The notes beneath the pieces were generated by a model that ran no database searches, was not told the origin of the DNA, and saw only the letters and a list, made by a program, of their open reading frames with translations. A program made the translations under genes and the position numbers. Shown piece after piece: positions 27,101-40,100 of a DNA stretch of 64,000 nucleotides (its first letter is position 1; every line of letters starts with the position of its first letter). The stretch comes from Dimorphilus gyrociliatus. Lineage: Eukaryota; Animalia; Annelida. The stretch lies in assembly GCA_904063045.1 (NCBI GenBank), contig CAJFCJ010000019.1, forward strand, positions 1,689,700 to 1,753,699. Direction: 5' to 3'.

Positions 27101-30100
27101 AATTGTCGAATGACCACACATGATAGCATGGTGAAGAGCAGTTTTCTTTCGCCTATCTTTTGTTTCTATAAAGTGGCCCCTACTCATTAACTCTTCAACG
27201 CAAGCTAAATGTCCTCTTCTGGCGGCGATCATCATGGGTGTTACTTTATCAGCTGAGGCAGATATCCCTTTATTAAAATCTCCGCCTTTGTCGAGCAATA
27301 TTTTAAGAATATCCTTTAAAAAATATATTTGTTCATAAATATCCAATGAAAAAAACTAATATAAAAATGTATTACCCTCTGGCCAAAATGACATGCCATA
27401 TGAACAGAAGTCATAGAGAATAGTGGTTTTCTAGCTTTCATAATTGGTCTATTTATGCCGGCTAATCCAAATTTGTTAAACTTCTTTCTGCCATCTTCCT
27501 CTTCATCCTCATCCGATTCTTCTGAACCTTTAGTTTCAGCATAGTTTATGAGAGCTTCAACTACTTCTTTTCTACCAAGAGAGGTAGCTATCATCAATGG
27601 TATCATTCCATGGCAGTTTTCCTCATCGGGACTTGAACCCCTATAGACGAGTGTGATTAATAATTCAATTAGTATTGGAAACCAATAATTAATATATACC
27701 TGTTTAGGAGAAGCTCTATAGGTCCTGGCCCTTCACAGGCGGCAGCATAGTGAATAGGTCTAGTACTTCTATCATCTGTTTTTAAAATGTCATTAATTAA
27801 CATGTATAGGAAAATTCTTTCAGTTTTACATACCAGTTATGTTAATATCTGGAAGAACACTCAAAAGTTTCTTAAGATAAACAGGATTAGGATTAATACA
27901 GGCACAATGGATTGGTGTTATCTATTATCAATGAAAAACAATAAATTAGACAATAGTATAATGTCACAATGCAGTATAGACAGTATAGTCAATTCTCAAT
28001 ATTTTACCTTATGGTTGTTCCAAGGTCGCTTTTTAGCGGAAACTTCTCTAAATGTTTTTAAGTTCTCTTTTCCATCAAACGCTAGTACTTGATAATGAAG
28101 AAAATTGAATAATCCTTCATTATCTTTCATAATATCTTGTAATAATTCAGCGGCAAGTTTCCTGTGACCTCTGGAAACAGCGTCGTAGACGCAATCCAAA
28201 ATAAAATGTGTCTAAAATGTTTCGTTTATTTATTCAATTGTTAAAATTTTAATTGTAACAAACATTTATATTTCATACTTACTTCATATTTCTCTCCTAG
28301 AGAATGCAGTAGTTTAACGATAAAATCCTTAGATTTGCCTAAACTAACAGCTACTTTAACATAACTATGAGCAGAGTATAGGCGGTGATTATCAAAAGTA
28401 AAATCGTAGGCGAAGGGTGAAGTAACGCTATCCTTTATTTCAATAAATTTGTTTTAAATCTAGTCGTAAATTTATTTAAGAAAAGTATAATACCTTTATC
28501 AAAGCCTGATTTCCTTCTTTACTTCCCCTACTAATAGATAGCTCCCTAATGAAGGGAGTACCTCCAAGAGAGTAGCTATTATACTTTCCAGTTTCTTGAG
28601 TAGGGATAAGACATTTTGGTCTATTTGCCCTTGTTAGTTTATTTGTCCATTCTTTTTTGCAGTCTTTGCCAAGAATATTAATAATCTTAAAATTTTCCTT
28701 CTTTATTGCATATGTTAGTGGATTATCCTCGTTATAATATCCTCTAGGTGGGAGTGCTGTGGTTATTCCCTTTTCGTCTTTCAATAGCTTCTGAAGCATT
28801 GGAACATCTTCTAAAATAACAGCCCTAGTAACTAGCAGTGACTTCAACTGAGGAGATCCTTCAATTGGCAGACTTTCCCTATTCAAAAAGCATGTAGTAT
28901 TGCGAAATAAAATTAAAAAAAGTTGATTTATACCTGCTTTCGAATGTAAGATCCTTTGTGATTAGAGGAATATCGTTATTTTTTTTCAATTTAAGATTGG
29001 GATTAGCTTTAATAGCTTTCTTTAGATCCTCTTTTGCCTTCTTTTCTCTTTCTTTTTGGGAAAGAGTCTTCTTGAGCTTCGGCTTCTTAGGAGTTTTCAC
29101 CTTGGCATTCGTCGACTCTCTTTTTCGTTTATTGCTTCTTGGTGTTTTCTTCTTTTTAACAACTTTATCATCAAATCCATCTTCATCTTTATCTTCGTCC
29201 TCATTTTCTCCATCCATGTCTGCGTCATTTTCTTCATTGTCATCCATTAATTCATCATTTTCATCGTCAGAAGATTCTAAATAATTTAATAATAATTGTA
29301 TGTGATTTGACAGAACAGAATAAATAATAAGGGAAAAAAGGAAGGAAGCCAACCTTCCGATGCAGATAATCCAGCAATAGATTTTTCAAGAAGATGATCA
29401 ATTTTTCTTTTCCGCTCTTTTGTCAATAGCCATTTATTCTCACCGTCTACCGTGGTTCTCTATTTATACCAAAAAGAAATATAAATATTTATTTGAAGCC
29501 GACGTGAAAAAGAGTACACCTAGTTCTTAATTCTATTGTGTTAGTTTACCTTTAGTTTTACGGAGCACAATATACTGTCTTTAGTAGTTTTATCGGCATA
29601 ACTTCTTTTATAGTGCGATTTAGTATCGTCTTCTTCCGCAAACCATTGTAGAGGAAATTTATTGGTACTTTCATAAATATCAGAAAGAGTTTTACAGAGA
29701 AAGAAGTCGTCTATGTAAATAAGATAATGTCAATATAACCTATTTAAACTGGTGTATAACAAGCTTATACGCTCACCTTCTTCATTTCTTATAGCCAATA
29801 CAGTGAACTTTTCATAAAGAATGTCCTTTCTCGCTTTACTTTTAGATGATGCAGCTCTGGGCGTGTACTCTATTTCAAATACTTTGGTCGGTACTCTCTT
29901 TCTTTTCATCTTGACCGACGATGGAGATTTGCGCAATGGTGTTTTTGGTGAACTATTGTTAGTTGTTTTCGACGGAGATTTACTAAGTTGCGATCGCTGA
30001 CTTTGTGTTCTCTACAATTTCATTTAAACAATAAAAAAATTAAGAAATATAACATTGTTTTTAGGCCCAAAAAGAACCCGTATGACTATTGAAATGTACA

Positions 30101-30110
30101 GAGTAGTCAT
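21153..30110 (-). CDS. Ankyrin-repeat + WGR + PARP regulatory + PARP catalytic protein (PME-5/tank-1-like architecture); first exon uncertain
   Basis: Many ankyrin repeats (TPMMIAARRGH, TALHHA, TPLHLA, TPLHRAA). WGR domain (FYKMQV...LLTRWGRIG). Catalytic motifs LLFHGTR, RFGK|GVYLADSFQKS and NDNEYII. Stop at 21155-21153. The start at 30110 is tentative; the exon starting at 30011 is better supported. Confidence 0.88.
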
Positions 30111-30500
30111 GGTGACTTCACAGACCGGCATTGCTCACAAAGTGATAAGCGAGATAAAATATTACTATGTAAACTTTATTTTTTGTATATTAAGTGATTC
30201 TAGAGTGTACAGAACGAAATACCTTTAGAGATGCTTTTGAAGAAGAAGATTTCTTTAAAGATGGCCTCATATCGATTGTTCTTAAGAAAAAAAAATTATT
30301 TGTATTCCTATTAAACTGCAAATTTATAACCAATCAACAGTTTACGAATGTTCACCTGCAAGAAAGAAGTAAAACTTCCTCAACTTACTAACGATTCACT
30401 ACGATGTGAGTATGATACGCTAAATAACTCGTTTATATTACTCAATTACTATTTTATACTGCTTGCAAAATACAATCTAGGACAAGCCGATACACGTCTC

Positions 30501-30508
30501 TGACGTCA
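30501..30508. promoter_or_regulatory. CRE palindrome TGACGTCA upstream of the ankyrin-PARP gene
   Basis: Exact consensus in a relatively GC-rich patch, with a CACGTG E-box near 30608. Function is inferred. Confidence 0.3.
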
Positions 30509-31125
30509 CGAAATGCTGAATTGCCCATTTGCAAATCCAACCTCTCTGGACACGTCCATATTGCAATATGCAAACCGTTCGGTGATCGGTTCGGTCGCTG
30601 CAATAATCACGTGTCTGTAATAGGCCTGAGCATGATTATAATAAATTATGCCTCTAACTGGCATTGCATAAACCAATTGCTATTGAGTTTCTAACAAACA
30701 GGAATTTTCTTTTGGTTATAATTCAAATATTTATTAACATCATAAAAATATCTCTGTACCATAAATAAAATGAACAGAAAAAAGACTGTAAACGTAAATG
30801 TAAAAAAAATATGAAAAGATGAAAAAAAAAGAAACTTGAATATAATTGGCACAGAGAAAGAGCGAAAAAAGAGCTTAAATAGTACATACTTAATATAGTG
30901 TATATTATTAGTACATATATTGTGTATATATGTGCTGTGTATAAATTCTTAAATTATATCTAGCAAATCAATTTCATATTTGTTACCAATTCTTTCAATT
31001 TTCCCCTTTTTTTTTTTAATTAATAAATTTTGGCATTCTTGCATTTCTTCTTCTTTCACTTATTATTATAAAATATGCCTTTCTGTACATAAAAGATAAA
31101 TTAACTAATCGAATAATCAATTTAT

Positions 31126-34100
31126 CTAGGATTTATCGTGTTTCTTCTTTTTGAATATGCTTCCGAATGGGAAACGCTTTTTCTCTTTTGTGGACTGTTT
31201 ACTTCCCCTTCTTTCTAGTGTTAGGGACGATAATTCCTCGCTTTCAGTTGAACCATCTGATTTGGGTGTTATTGGCAGAGTATGCGAACGGGGATCTGAG
31301 TCTCCATTACTGTAATTCCTTCTGCTAGAACCAGTTGATAATCCTCCTGTCGGATCTATTGAATATCAAGAAAAGCATAATTAAAAAAATGAATATGACA
31401 TTTGTACCTTATACGATAAGACATACAGATATATATATTTTTATATAATGTAATACAGTATCTATACTGCATATAGTAATCTATATTCTGTATAAAGCTC
31501 TAAGAAGGTGTCGTGGAATTCAAGGTTGAAAAAATAGAAATATTATAGAATATGTGTGAAAACAATGAAATAAGAAAATATGTGATAAACCTATTGGTTA
31601 TTTCGTTAAAAAAAAGACCACTCTTTGAGAAATTTAAAATATGATACACCACACAACTAAAGCTTTTCACCGCAAAATCTCCTCACCCGTATCACTTTCA
31701 ACATCATCATTATCATCATTATCATCATCATCACTTTCTTCCTTACATGATGATGCATTCTCGTCTGAAGGTAGAATTAAACTACTAATTTAAATATCTT
31801 AAAAGTTAAAATTAAAATATTTTTGCTATAGGTTCTTTGAAAGTAATAAGTTTTTTGTAGAAAACCTAATAAACAAGCAGCAAAAAAATTTTTGAAAGAT
31901 ATACAAAATTTCCCAAAAGACTAAAAAATTTATCCTAGTGTTCATACGTAAATTTTCTTACCAGAGATCCTGTTATCAACTGGAGTTTTAACTCCTGGAG
32001 AGGGTGGGAACGGGTTACCAGGTTCAACAAATGGATTGTTTGCTTGAGCAAACGGATTTGTATGATCTGGAGGTATAGGAGGTGCTGGCGATTTTGTCGA
32101 TGATGCGTTTGAAGAGCATGGACTTTGAGGTGGAGCTGGACTCGTTGGTGCTTCAGTGTTATCTTGCAATTGTTTAGATGGTTCTAGAGCTGTTTTAAAA
32201 AAGAATATTAAGATTAATTATTATACATGTAATTATCCATCGCTAATTGGGTAAATAGCGAGGTATTTTACGACAAATCAAAATCAAGTTAAGCGTGTTG
32301 GTATTTTATTAATTATAGTTCAATATTTTATCCTGCCCACCAAAGCTAGAGCATAAAATAAAATACAAAAGTTTTTTCACTTATTAAACTCTTTTGTTTC
32401 TCTCCATAGAGAGAAAAAAAGCTATATTCTTTGTTATATTTAGGTTTTCTTCATCTGTAACCTGAGTTTTGTTGGGTTAGTATAGCGAGCAGTGCGCTTT
32501 AGAGTAAATGGGAAAAAAATACAACATTTTGTAATAGAGTGATAAAAGGTTTGAATAACTTTAGAAAAAGTGCTCTAAACATGTAATACAATAAGGTGTG
32601 TATTATAGATTTTTTATTCTTAATGGTTTTTTGACGACTAACCAAACGGGAAAACACAAGAAAGAGCTAAGTGTTAGAGAAGCTAAAAGAGATAAGAGAT
32701 TTTGCAAAAAATACATCTGATTAACAACACACGACCATCTTACCAAATAATAATCGATTGTCGGAACATTGCTCTTGTTCTGTTAACGTAAGTTTAAAAG
32801 GAGCTAAAGTTAGTAATTAAACTACTGTAGTATATGAACACAATTCATAAGTATTTAGAATAATATATATAGTATACAGTATATTAATTATTAATGAAAG
32901 GAGATATTTGAAGGCGTTGCGCGCTTTGCTATTTTTAATAGTGCTATTCTGTCTTACCTGCTCTAAGGGATAAGGCTCTATTCCATTCCAAGCAGTCATT
33001 CTGAGAATCAAAAGCCAGCAGAAATTCAGAACCGTCTTTAACTTTTATTCTCAAGACATGCTTTTTCTTCGTGTAGTCTCTTGCTGCTTCAATTTTGGCT
33101 GAGTAAATATTTATCGGAGGGATATTAGCTATCGTTTCAGCACAAGCTGTCTCATCTTTAAAGAAAGCAAGCAAATGTCCACATAAAACTGTATAGTGAA
33201 GTTTCCAATTCCGGACGGCAGCTTTCTTTCCGCCGATTTGTAATTCCATTTTTCGCTCAACGTAACCCCTTATATCGGCCGGAGGTAATTCAGGAGCTTC
33301 TATATAAAAAAAAGAAATAATATTCATTTTAATTGATTGTTAAATTGAAATAAGTTTCAACCTTTCAGCGAATGGCGGCGAGTTCTCAACGATAACGTTC
33401 TCTTGATATTTCTTGCTTTCTTCGGTTTAGCCTGGGGTTGATCAGCAGCCCATTGCTCACTTACTCGTAAACCTCTTTCTGGCTTACCAAGGCTGTCTGC
33501 TCTTGTTACCTGTAATTTCAAACATGTAAAACTGATAAATTGAATATTTGTTACTTTATTCAAACCTTGTTGGCGTTCAAATCAGATGGAGCAGGAAGCG
33601 GAGTTCCAATTACCCTTTCGGTGGTTTGTGTGATGACTGGTGTTTGAATTGCCTCGTTAGTTGTTGGTGTTTGATCATATCTTCTCTGTGGTATTCCCTC
33701 GTTTTCTCTTTCCTATATTATTGAAAGGCAATTAAAAAAAGAAAATTTGGATCAGCACAAAAATCAGTTAAAAATGCACATCAAAATCGACAATGTATGA
33801 AAATCAACATATTTCCAGCATATGAAAAAAATCCCAACCATTCAAAATCAACTCGATTTATACACAACAAATAAAACAATTAATGTTTTGGTCTATGTGA
33901 AAACTACCGTGTTGTCATCGCTGTAATTAACATCAACGACAGCGATTTTGTTAATAGGAGAAATAGATGCTCTTGGTGAAATAGCTATATCACTTTTCCT
34001 TCTAGCCTGGAAGATTATGTCAAGTAGATATTTTCACACAAAAATAGAAATAGATAAACATTCGAGACAACTAGATGACTTTCTTTAGTTTCAATAAATA

Positions 34101-37100
34101 CTTTGGGTTACTTACTTGCATTAGTCTTCTTTGCTCCTTCATTCTAACATCTTGTTTCTTATCATCTTCCAGCTTTTTAGCTGCAGTGCTCTTTTCCTTT
34201 TCAATTCTTTCTTCTTCTGTTTTTTCAATCAGGGTAGGCCTCTTAATCTTACTAAACTTTTCACCATAAGCCTCAGCTGCTTGAGAGAAGTCTTCATGAG
34301 CTCGGAGGGCTTCTTCTATTCTTTCAATAGATTTAATATCATCAAGATCTCCCTCGGTCAAAGCTGTTTCTCTGTAAGCCAGCCAAGCTTCCAGTGAATC
34401 CATATCTCGGAATAACTCTAAGAGATCTCTACTCTGTTCATACAAAGACTGACGTCTATTCCATTCATCTAAAACTCTCTTATAATGGGCATCTAATTTG
34501 TTCATTTTTTCTGATATAACATTGGATAAGAAGTGTCCTTGAATCAGGAGATCTTTTCCTCTATTCATAAACTTCAAAATTAAACGTTCACGCGCATCAA
34601 TAGCAGCCCTATGATGCCTATGACGTTCCAAGAGAGCATCAGCACTTGCGAGGTCTTTTGCAAGCTCATCAGTCGACATTATTGCTTCCATTTCTCCTAA
34701 CCAAGCTCTTAATTCTCTATAGTCATCCAAATATAGTTGAACATTTTCTGCTTGTAACAATTTTTTTCTTCTCTCTTTTGCACAACTTAACAACGCGTTC
34801 CAAGCAGTCAATAAACTTTCATGTTTAGCCTTAACTACTTCTTGGGCATCAGATAAAAGCTCTTTTCTCAAAGTACTGGCTCTGTCTGATATATCTTCAA
34901 CTCTCTTTGTTAAGGCAGACAGATCTTGTTGAAGGGTGGAGAGTTTACTTAATAGATCTTGAACACTTAAAAGATCAGTTCCGTAGTCGGTACTCGATGC
35001 TGAAACTTCTTTTTCACCAATCCATTCCAGAGCATCATCAGCGTCTCTAACGAAAGCATGTACTTTCCAAGCATCAATAAGAGTTTCTCTTCTGGCGCTA
35101 GTCTGATCGTTAAGCTGAGTCCATAATTGATTGACATGTTCGCACATTTCATCAGTCTTCGCCTTATACGATGGTTCATCCTTTGAAAGGCTCTTAGCCA
35201 TAGTGTTAACATTTGTAATACGCTCCTCGCCACTTTCAAGATCTCTGTTGAAAGCATCATGACGTTGTTGTAACAATTCAACATGTTCCAAGTCATCACC
35301 ACAGTCAGTTGATGAAGCAACAGCAATACGCTCAGTTAGCCAACTCTCTACTTCAGTTATTTCTCTCTCAAGTTCTAATAACCTCTTATGGTTCGTTAGT
35401 CGAATTCTGCGGGTCATACAGGCTTGTTGCAATTCAGAATACTCTTTTTCAACCTCTTTAAATTGTTTCTCAGTTTCTTCTGGTTTACAGAGACTATTTT
35501 CGGCCAACTGGGACTTAAATGCCGACAACTCAGCAATAGTTGTATTTTGAAAATTATCAATATCAATTTCAATTGCTTCATGTCTTTTTAATAAGGCTTG
35601 AACAGCATCCTCATCTTTAGCGTTCTCTTCAGAATCAACAAAATGACGCTTTTCAGCAATCCACGACTTTGCCTCCTCTATTTCACTGAAGAACCTTTGA
35701 ACTTCAACGCAAATCTTTAAGAATTCTTTTCTTGTTTTGGCAGTTTCCTTTAAACTTATAAAATATTCGTGAAGAGCTGTTAGTTGACTATTTACATCTT
35801 TTGAAGCATAATGTTTTTTGTCAACCATTTGATAGGCTTGTTCGTCAACACCCTTAAGTAGAGCTTCATGAGCCATTATTTCATTTTCTACAGCAACATG
35901 TTTACGTAACATACTCTCTGCTTGATTTAGCGAGTTAGGAGCTTCCTCAGATGAGACTATTTTTTTTCTATCACTAATCCAACGCTCTTCCTCACTCACA
36001 TCTCTTAACCAAGAGTAGAATAGAAGAGCATCGTGTAAGTTATCTGAACGTATTTGATAAGGTTCAGAGAGCGCATCATACCGTTCCTTCAAGGCATTGG
36101 TTCTCTTAGTGAGATCTTCAGCACACCAATAATGACTCTTTCCATTAGCGCTATCGCACAATTCTTTAACTTTCTCGCTATACGACTGAATATCTAAATC
36201 TAATTGTTGGTGTCGTTTCAATAAGGAATTTGCACTTGTAACGTCTCTTCCATGTTCTTCCGAAGCTAATTGATTTTCAACATCATCAATCCATGCATCA
36301 ACGTCATCACATTGTCTTTGCAGATGGAGGGAGTCGCACGCTTGCTCTAAACGTTCTCTTTTTTGTTTGCTGGCTTCTTCAAGGTTGTGAAAGTCCTTTT
36401 TAAGTTCTTCAACTCGTTCAGTTAGCAAATCATAGTTATAGTGGTTAGTTTGTTGATTAACATCATATTCTATATCTAAGACCCTTTGTTTGTTAGCTCT
36501 AAGTTCAGCTTCAAAAGCTGCGTGTTTTTTAAGCTTAGATTGTAGATTAGCACCATCCCTGTCCACTTCATCTTTGGCAATTGTCATTTTTTCTTTTATC
36601 CAAACCTCAATATCGTACATATTTCGAACAAACTGCTCGTAAATTAATGCTTTTTCTAATTTATCTTTTCTGGAGAGGCACAGCTCCTTGACTCGATCAA
36701 ATCTTTTGAGTACGCCTTCTTTTCTTGCAACTACTTGATCATGGGCGTAATGTGTCTCTTTGAGAATTGCATCAGCAAGTTGTTCAACAGAGGCAATTTT
36801 GTCCTTTTGAGCGTGAAGAGTTTGAGAAAATGCTTCGTGTTTCTTTATAAGGGTCTGAACAGACGACACACTATTTCCAAGATCCTGATTGGCCAAAAAT
36901 CCTTCTTTTTCTGCTAACCAAGCATCAGCTTGATCAGCATATTCTTGAACAATGCAAAAGTCTAAACATTGAGCATAAAGGGCTTTTCTTTCGTTCCAAC
37001 TGCTGTCAAGATTTGACCAACTCTTCTCAACATTTTCCAAAGCATTTCCAACGTCAGTGATACTTTTCTTGTCAACAACGTCCAAAAGCTCTCTGCCTCG

Positions 37101-40100
37101 ACGAACTAACGAATCATGATGAGATTGACGAGCATCAATCTCAGATCTTCTATCACCGTGTGAGGCAATAAGCTGCTCAGCTAGAATAGCCGTAGTTGCC
37201 ATCTCAGGTGTTTCAACCTTGTGTTGTAAGTTGTTACACCAGCTAGAATGTTCCTTTGCTTCTGCTAAGTATCTATGCAAGTCGTACGATTTAGACAAAT
37301 TCGTTCTTCTTTCGACAACTGCATTATCTAATTTGTTCCATAACTCATTAGCACCAGCAATTTCAGATTGCAATTTTTCAACGTGTTCCGGATACTTCTT
37401 TGCCAAATTCTCAGCTTCTTCTTCCAAATTCAACAGCTTGTCTTTAATTACAGTCATATCTTTTTCAATGTCGTCTTGCTTCCGTTGCAGACTTTCAACG
37501 GTAGCAACGTCTCGTCCCAAATCGTTGACGGATACGGCAAGGAGCTGTGCAATAAAAAAATGAAATCTGGTTATGATATTTATGTATAAATTGTATGATA
37601 AAATTAAATAATCTATATCAATTGAACAAACAAAAAAAGCGATTCATTTTTTTTCCGCCTGAAAAAAGTTGATTAGAATCTATTGCAATAAAAATGATTA
37701 TAATTTAATCAGCTAAATTTTATTAATCAATACAATAAGCCAAACCTCAGATTGATCTGTATCCAAATGCTCTGTACTTGCATTTGGATCACTCCATTGT
37801 GATAACATAATCTACAGATTGATATGAAATTCAGATAAAGAAAAAGTTTTTTCGTGCAATAAATATTCTTATGATAAAAAGGGCCTTTAATAAAAATGAT
37901 ATTAACCTTGTCATTAAGCCTTTCTTTGATATCATCTACATCTCTGTTGAAAATATGAACTTCTAAAGCTGCATCCAATTCTTTTTCATATTTTTTGAGA
38001 CCTTCATCAACATTATGATACCGTTCAACAACAGAATTTCTCCGTTCGTTAATGGCATTGTGATCGTGTCTGCCTTGTTGAATCAACTGTTCAACGAGTT
38101 TATTTAAAGCGTCAACTCTTTCTTCGTCAACGGCAAAGCTTGATTCAGGTTCTCTTAATCGTTTTTTAAGTTTTAAACAGTGTTCATAATCTTTTCCAAG
38201 ATCATGAGCTGCAATAAGGGTCTCTTTAGCTCTACACCATGTTTCAATTGCATCAGCTTCTTCTGTAACTTTTAGAATATCTTTTGCTTCTTCCAATCCT
38301 CGTCCCCTTGATGCAGTTGCTTTAACAAGATCATTCCATTGCGTTACTAAAGCATTTACTCTTTGCTGAACACTAGAAGCATCTGGGTGTTTTCTTCTTA
38401 TTAAAGTGTTTCCATTTTCAGCCAAGGACTGAACCCTCGGTTCATTGGCTAAAATTTCTGCTTCGAAAGCTTGATGTCTTTGCAATTTTTTCATTTTTTC
38501 CCTTAAGTCGGATATATTAGCAAATGATTCGCTCTTCGTAACCGTCTCTAGTCTGTAATCAAGCCAGCTCTCGATTTCAGCGGCGTCTCGTAGGAATTTT
38601 GCATGTAAAACACCCAATTCAAGAGCTTGCATCCGGGCTTTTGACGATTCCTTAACATTTTCACGTCTATCTCTGATTCTGGCGAGTTCGTCTGTTACTT
38701 CATCAGTTTTACCTTGTGATTCTGGCGAATCAAGAACTTTCTTAGCAGCATTTTCAAGAGCAACCATCTTAGCGTCTTGAGATGCCAGTAAATTTTCAAA
38801 AGCTTCGTGTTTCTTAACTAAAGTCTCAGCTTGTTCCACAGTTTGGCCAACATCAGTGGATGATAGTAAAGCTTCTTGAGAAGCTGAGATAGCATCGAGT
38901 TGTTGTACATCACGTTTGAAAACTTGATTATCATGTAAGTATTGTAATTTTTCATTTCTGACTTTTGATAGATCACAAATGTTTGTATATAATTCACAAA
39001 AATTGGAGACTTTCTCCTTGATATCTTTGCTACATTCGTGCTGGTCATTTATCATTTTGTTAGCAGCCTTTTCAAGTTTATCAAAGTCATCCTTTTTAGA
39101 ATCTATCTCTGAATTCAGTGTAGCATGTTCATTCAAAAGTTCCTTTGCAGCAGCAACATTTCTTGCAACTGGTTCATTCTCCATTTGCTTTTCAACTCCT
39201 TTTGCCCAGATTTGAAAATCTCTGGCATTTGCAAGAAAACGACAGTATTCCAAGGCCTGTGCAAGTTTCTCTTTTCGGTCTTCAGCAGCTTTCTTTAAAA
39301 TTTCCCAGTTTTCTAAAACAATTGCCTGCTGTTCAGCCATATTTTGGGCATTTCCGCCTGGAAATTTTTCTTGTAAACGTTTACTGTCATCTATTACCAT
39401 CTGAACATGCGTGTCTAAAGCAACTAACTCAGTTTCAAATGCATCATGCTGTTTTATATAGTGAAGAGTAGCAGCCATGTCTCGGCCTGTTTCCAAATCA
39501 CTGATATCAGAATATTTCTCATTGATTCTGGACAAAGCCTCTTCAACATCTCTGTTAAATCGGTGGATTTCTGCGGCTCCTTGGAGTTTGGCCTCTCGTA
39601 TTTCTAATTGGTCCTGTAGCGCTTGCCATGAGTCATCAACACTCTTTTGTTTTTCAGTAATTGTGTCAGAATGAGGGGATCCATTATCAACAAGTTCTTG
39701 AGCCAACATTTTAACAGCTTCATATCGAGGGGCTCCAGCATCAACATTTTGTTGAAGCTGTCTAAATCGGTCCAAAACTCTAAGGCAGTGTTCATAATCG
39801 GTACCATAATCTTCACCATCTGCTTGGTTCAGTTGCTCATTAATCCAATCAAGAATTTCATCAGCTTCTCTGTTATAGTGATGCAATTTCTTCATTTCGT
39901 CTAATTGCATATGTCTTTCTCTGCAAAGACTTCTTACAGTTTCGGCCATTTCATCAAGTTCTTGTTCTTTGTCTCCTATTGACGCCATGCCCGGTTCAGA
40001 CATTTGACGTTTCAATTTGGAGGCATCTTTATGAAGATTATCTATAGCTTGACAATAGCCATCCAATTCTTCTTCAAGGGCCTTATGCTTAGTTAGCAGC

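Noticed and set aside
21153-30110. Calling the ankyrin-PARP tankyrase (TNKS)
   Set aside because: It has WGR and a PARP1-type regulatory domain and no evident SAM domain, so the gene symbol is withheld.
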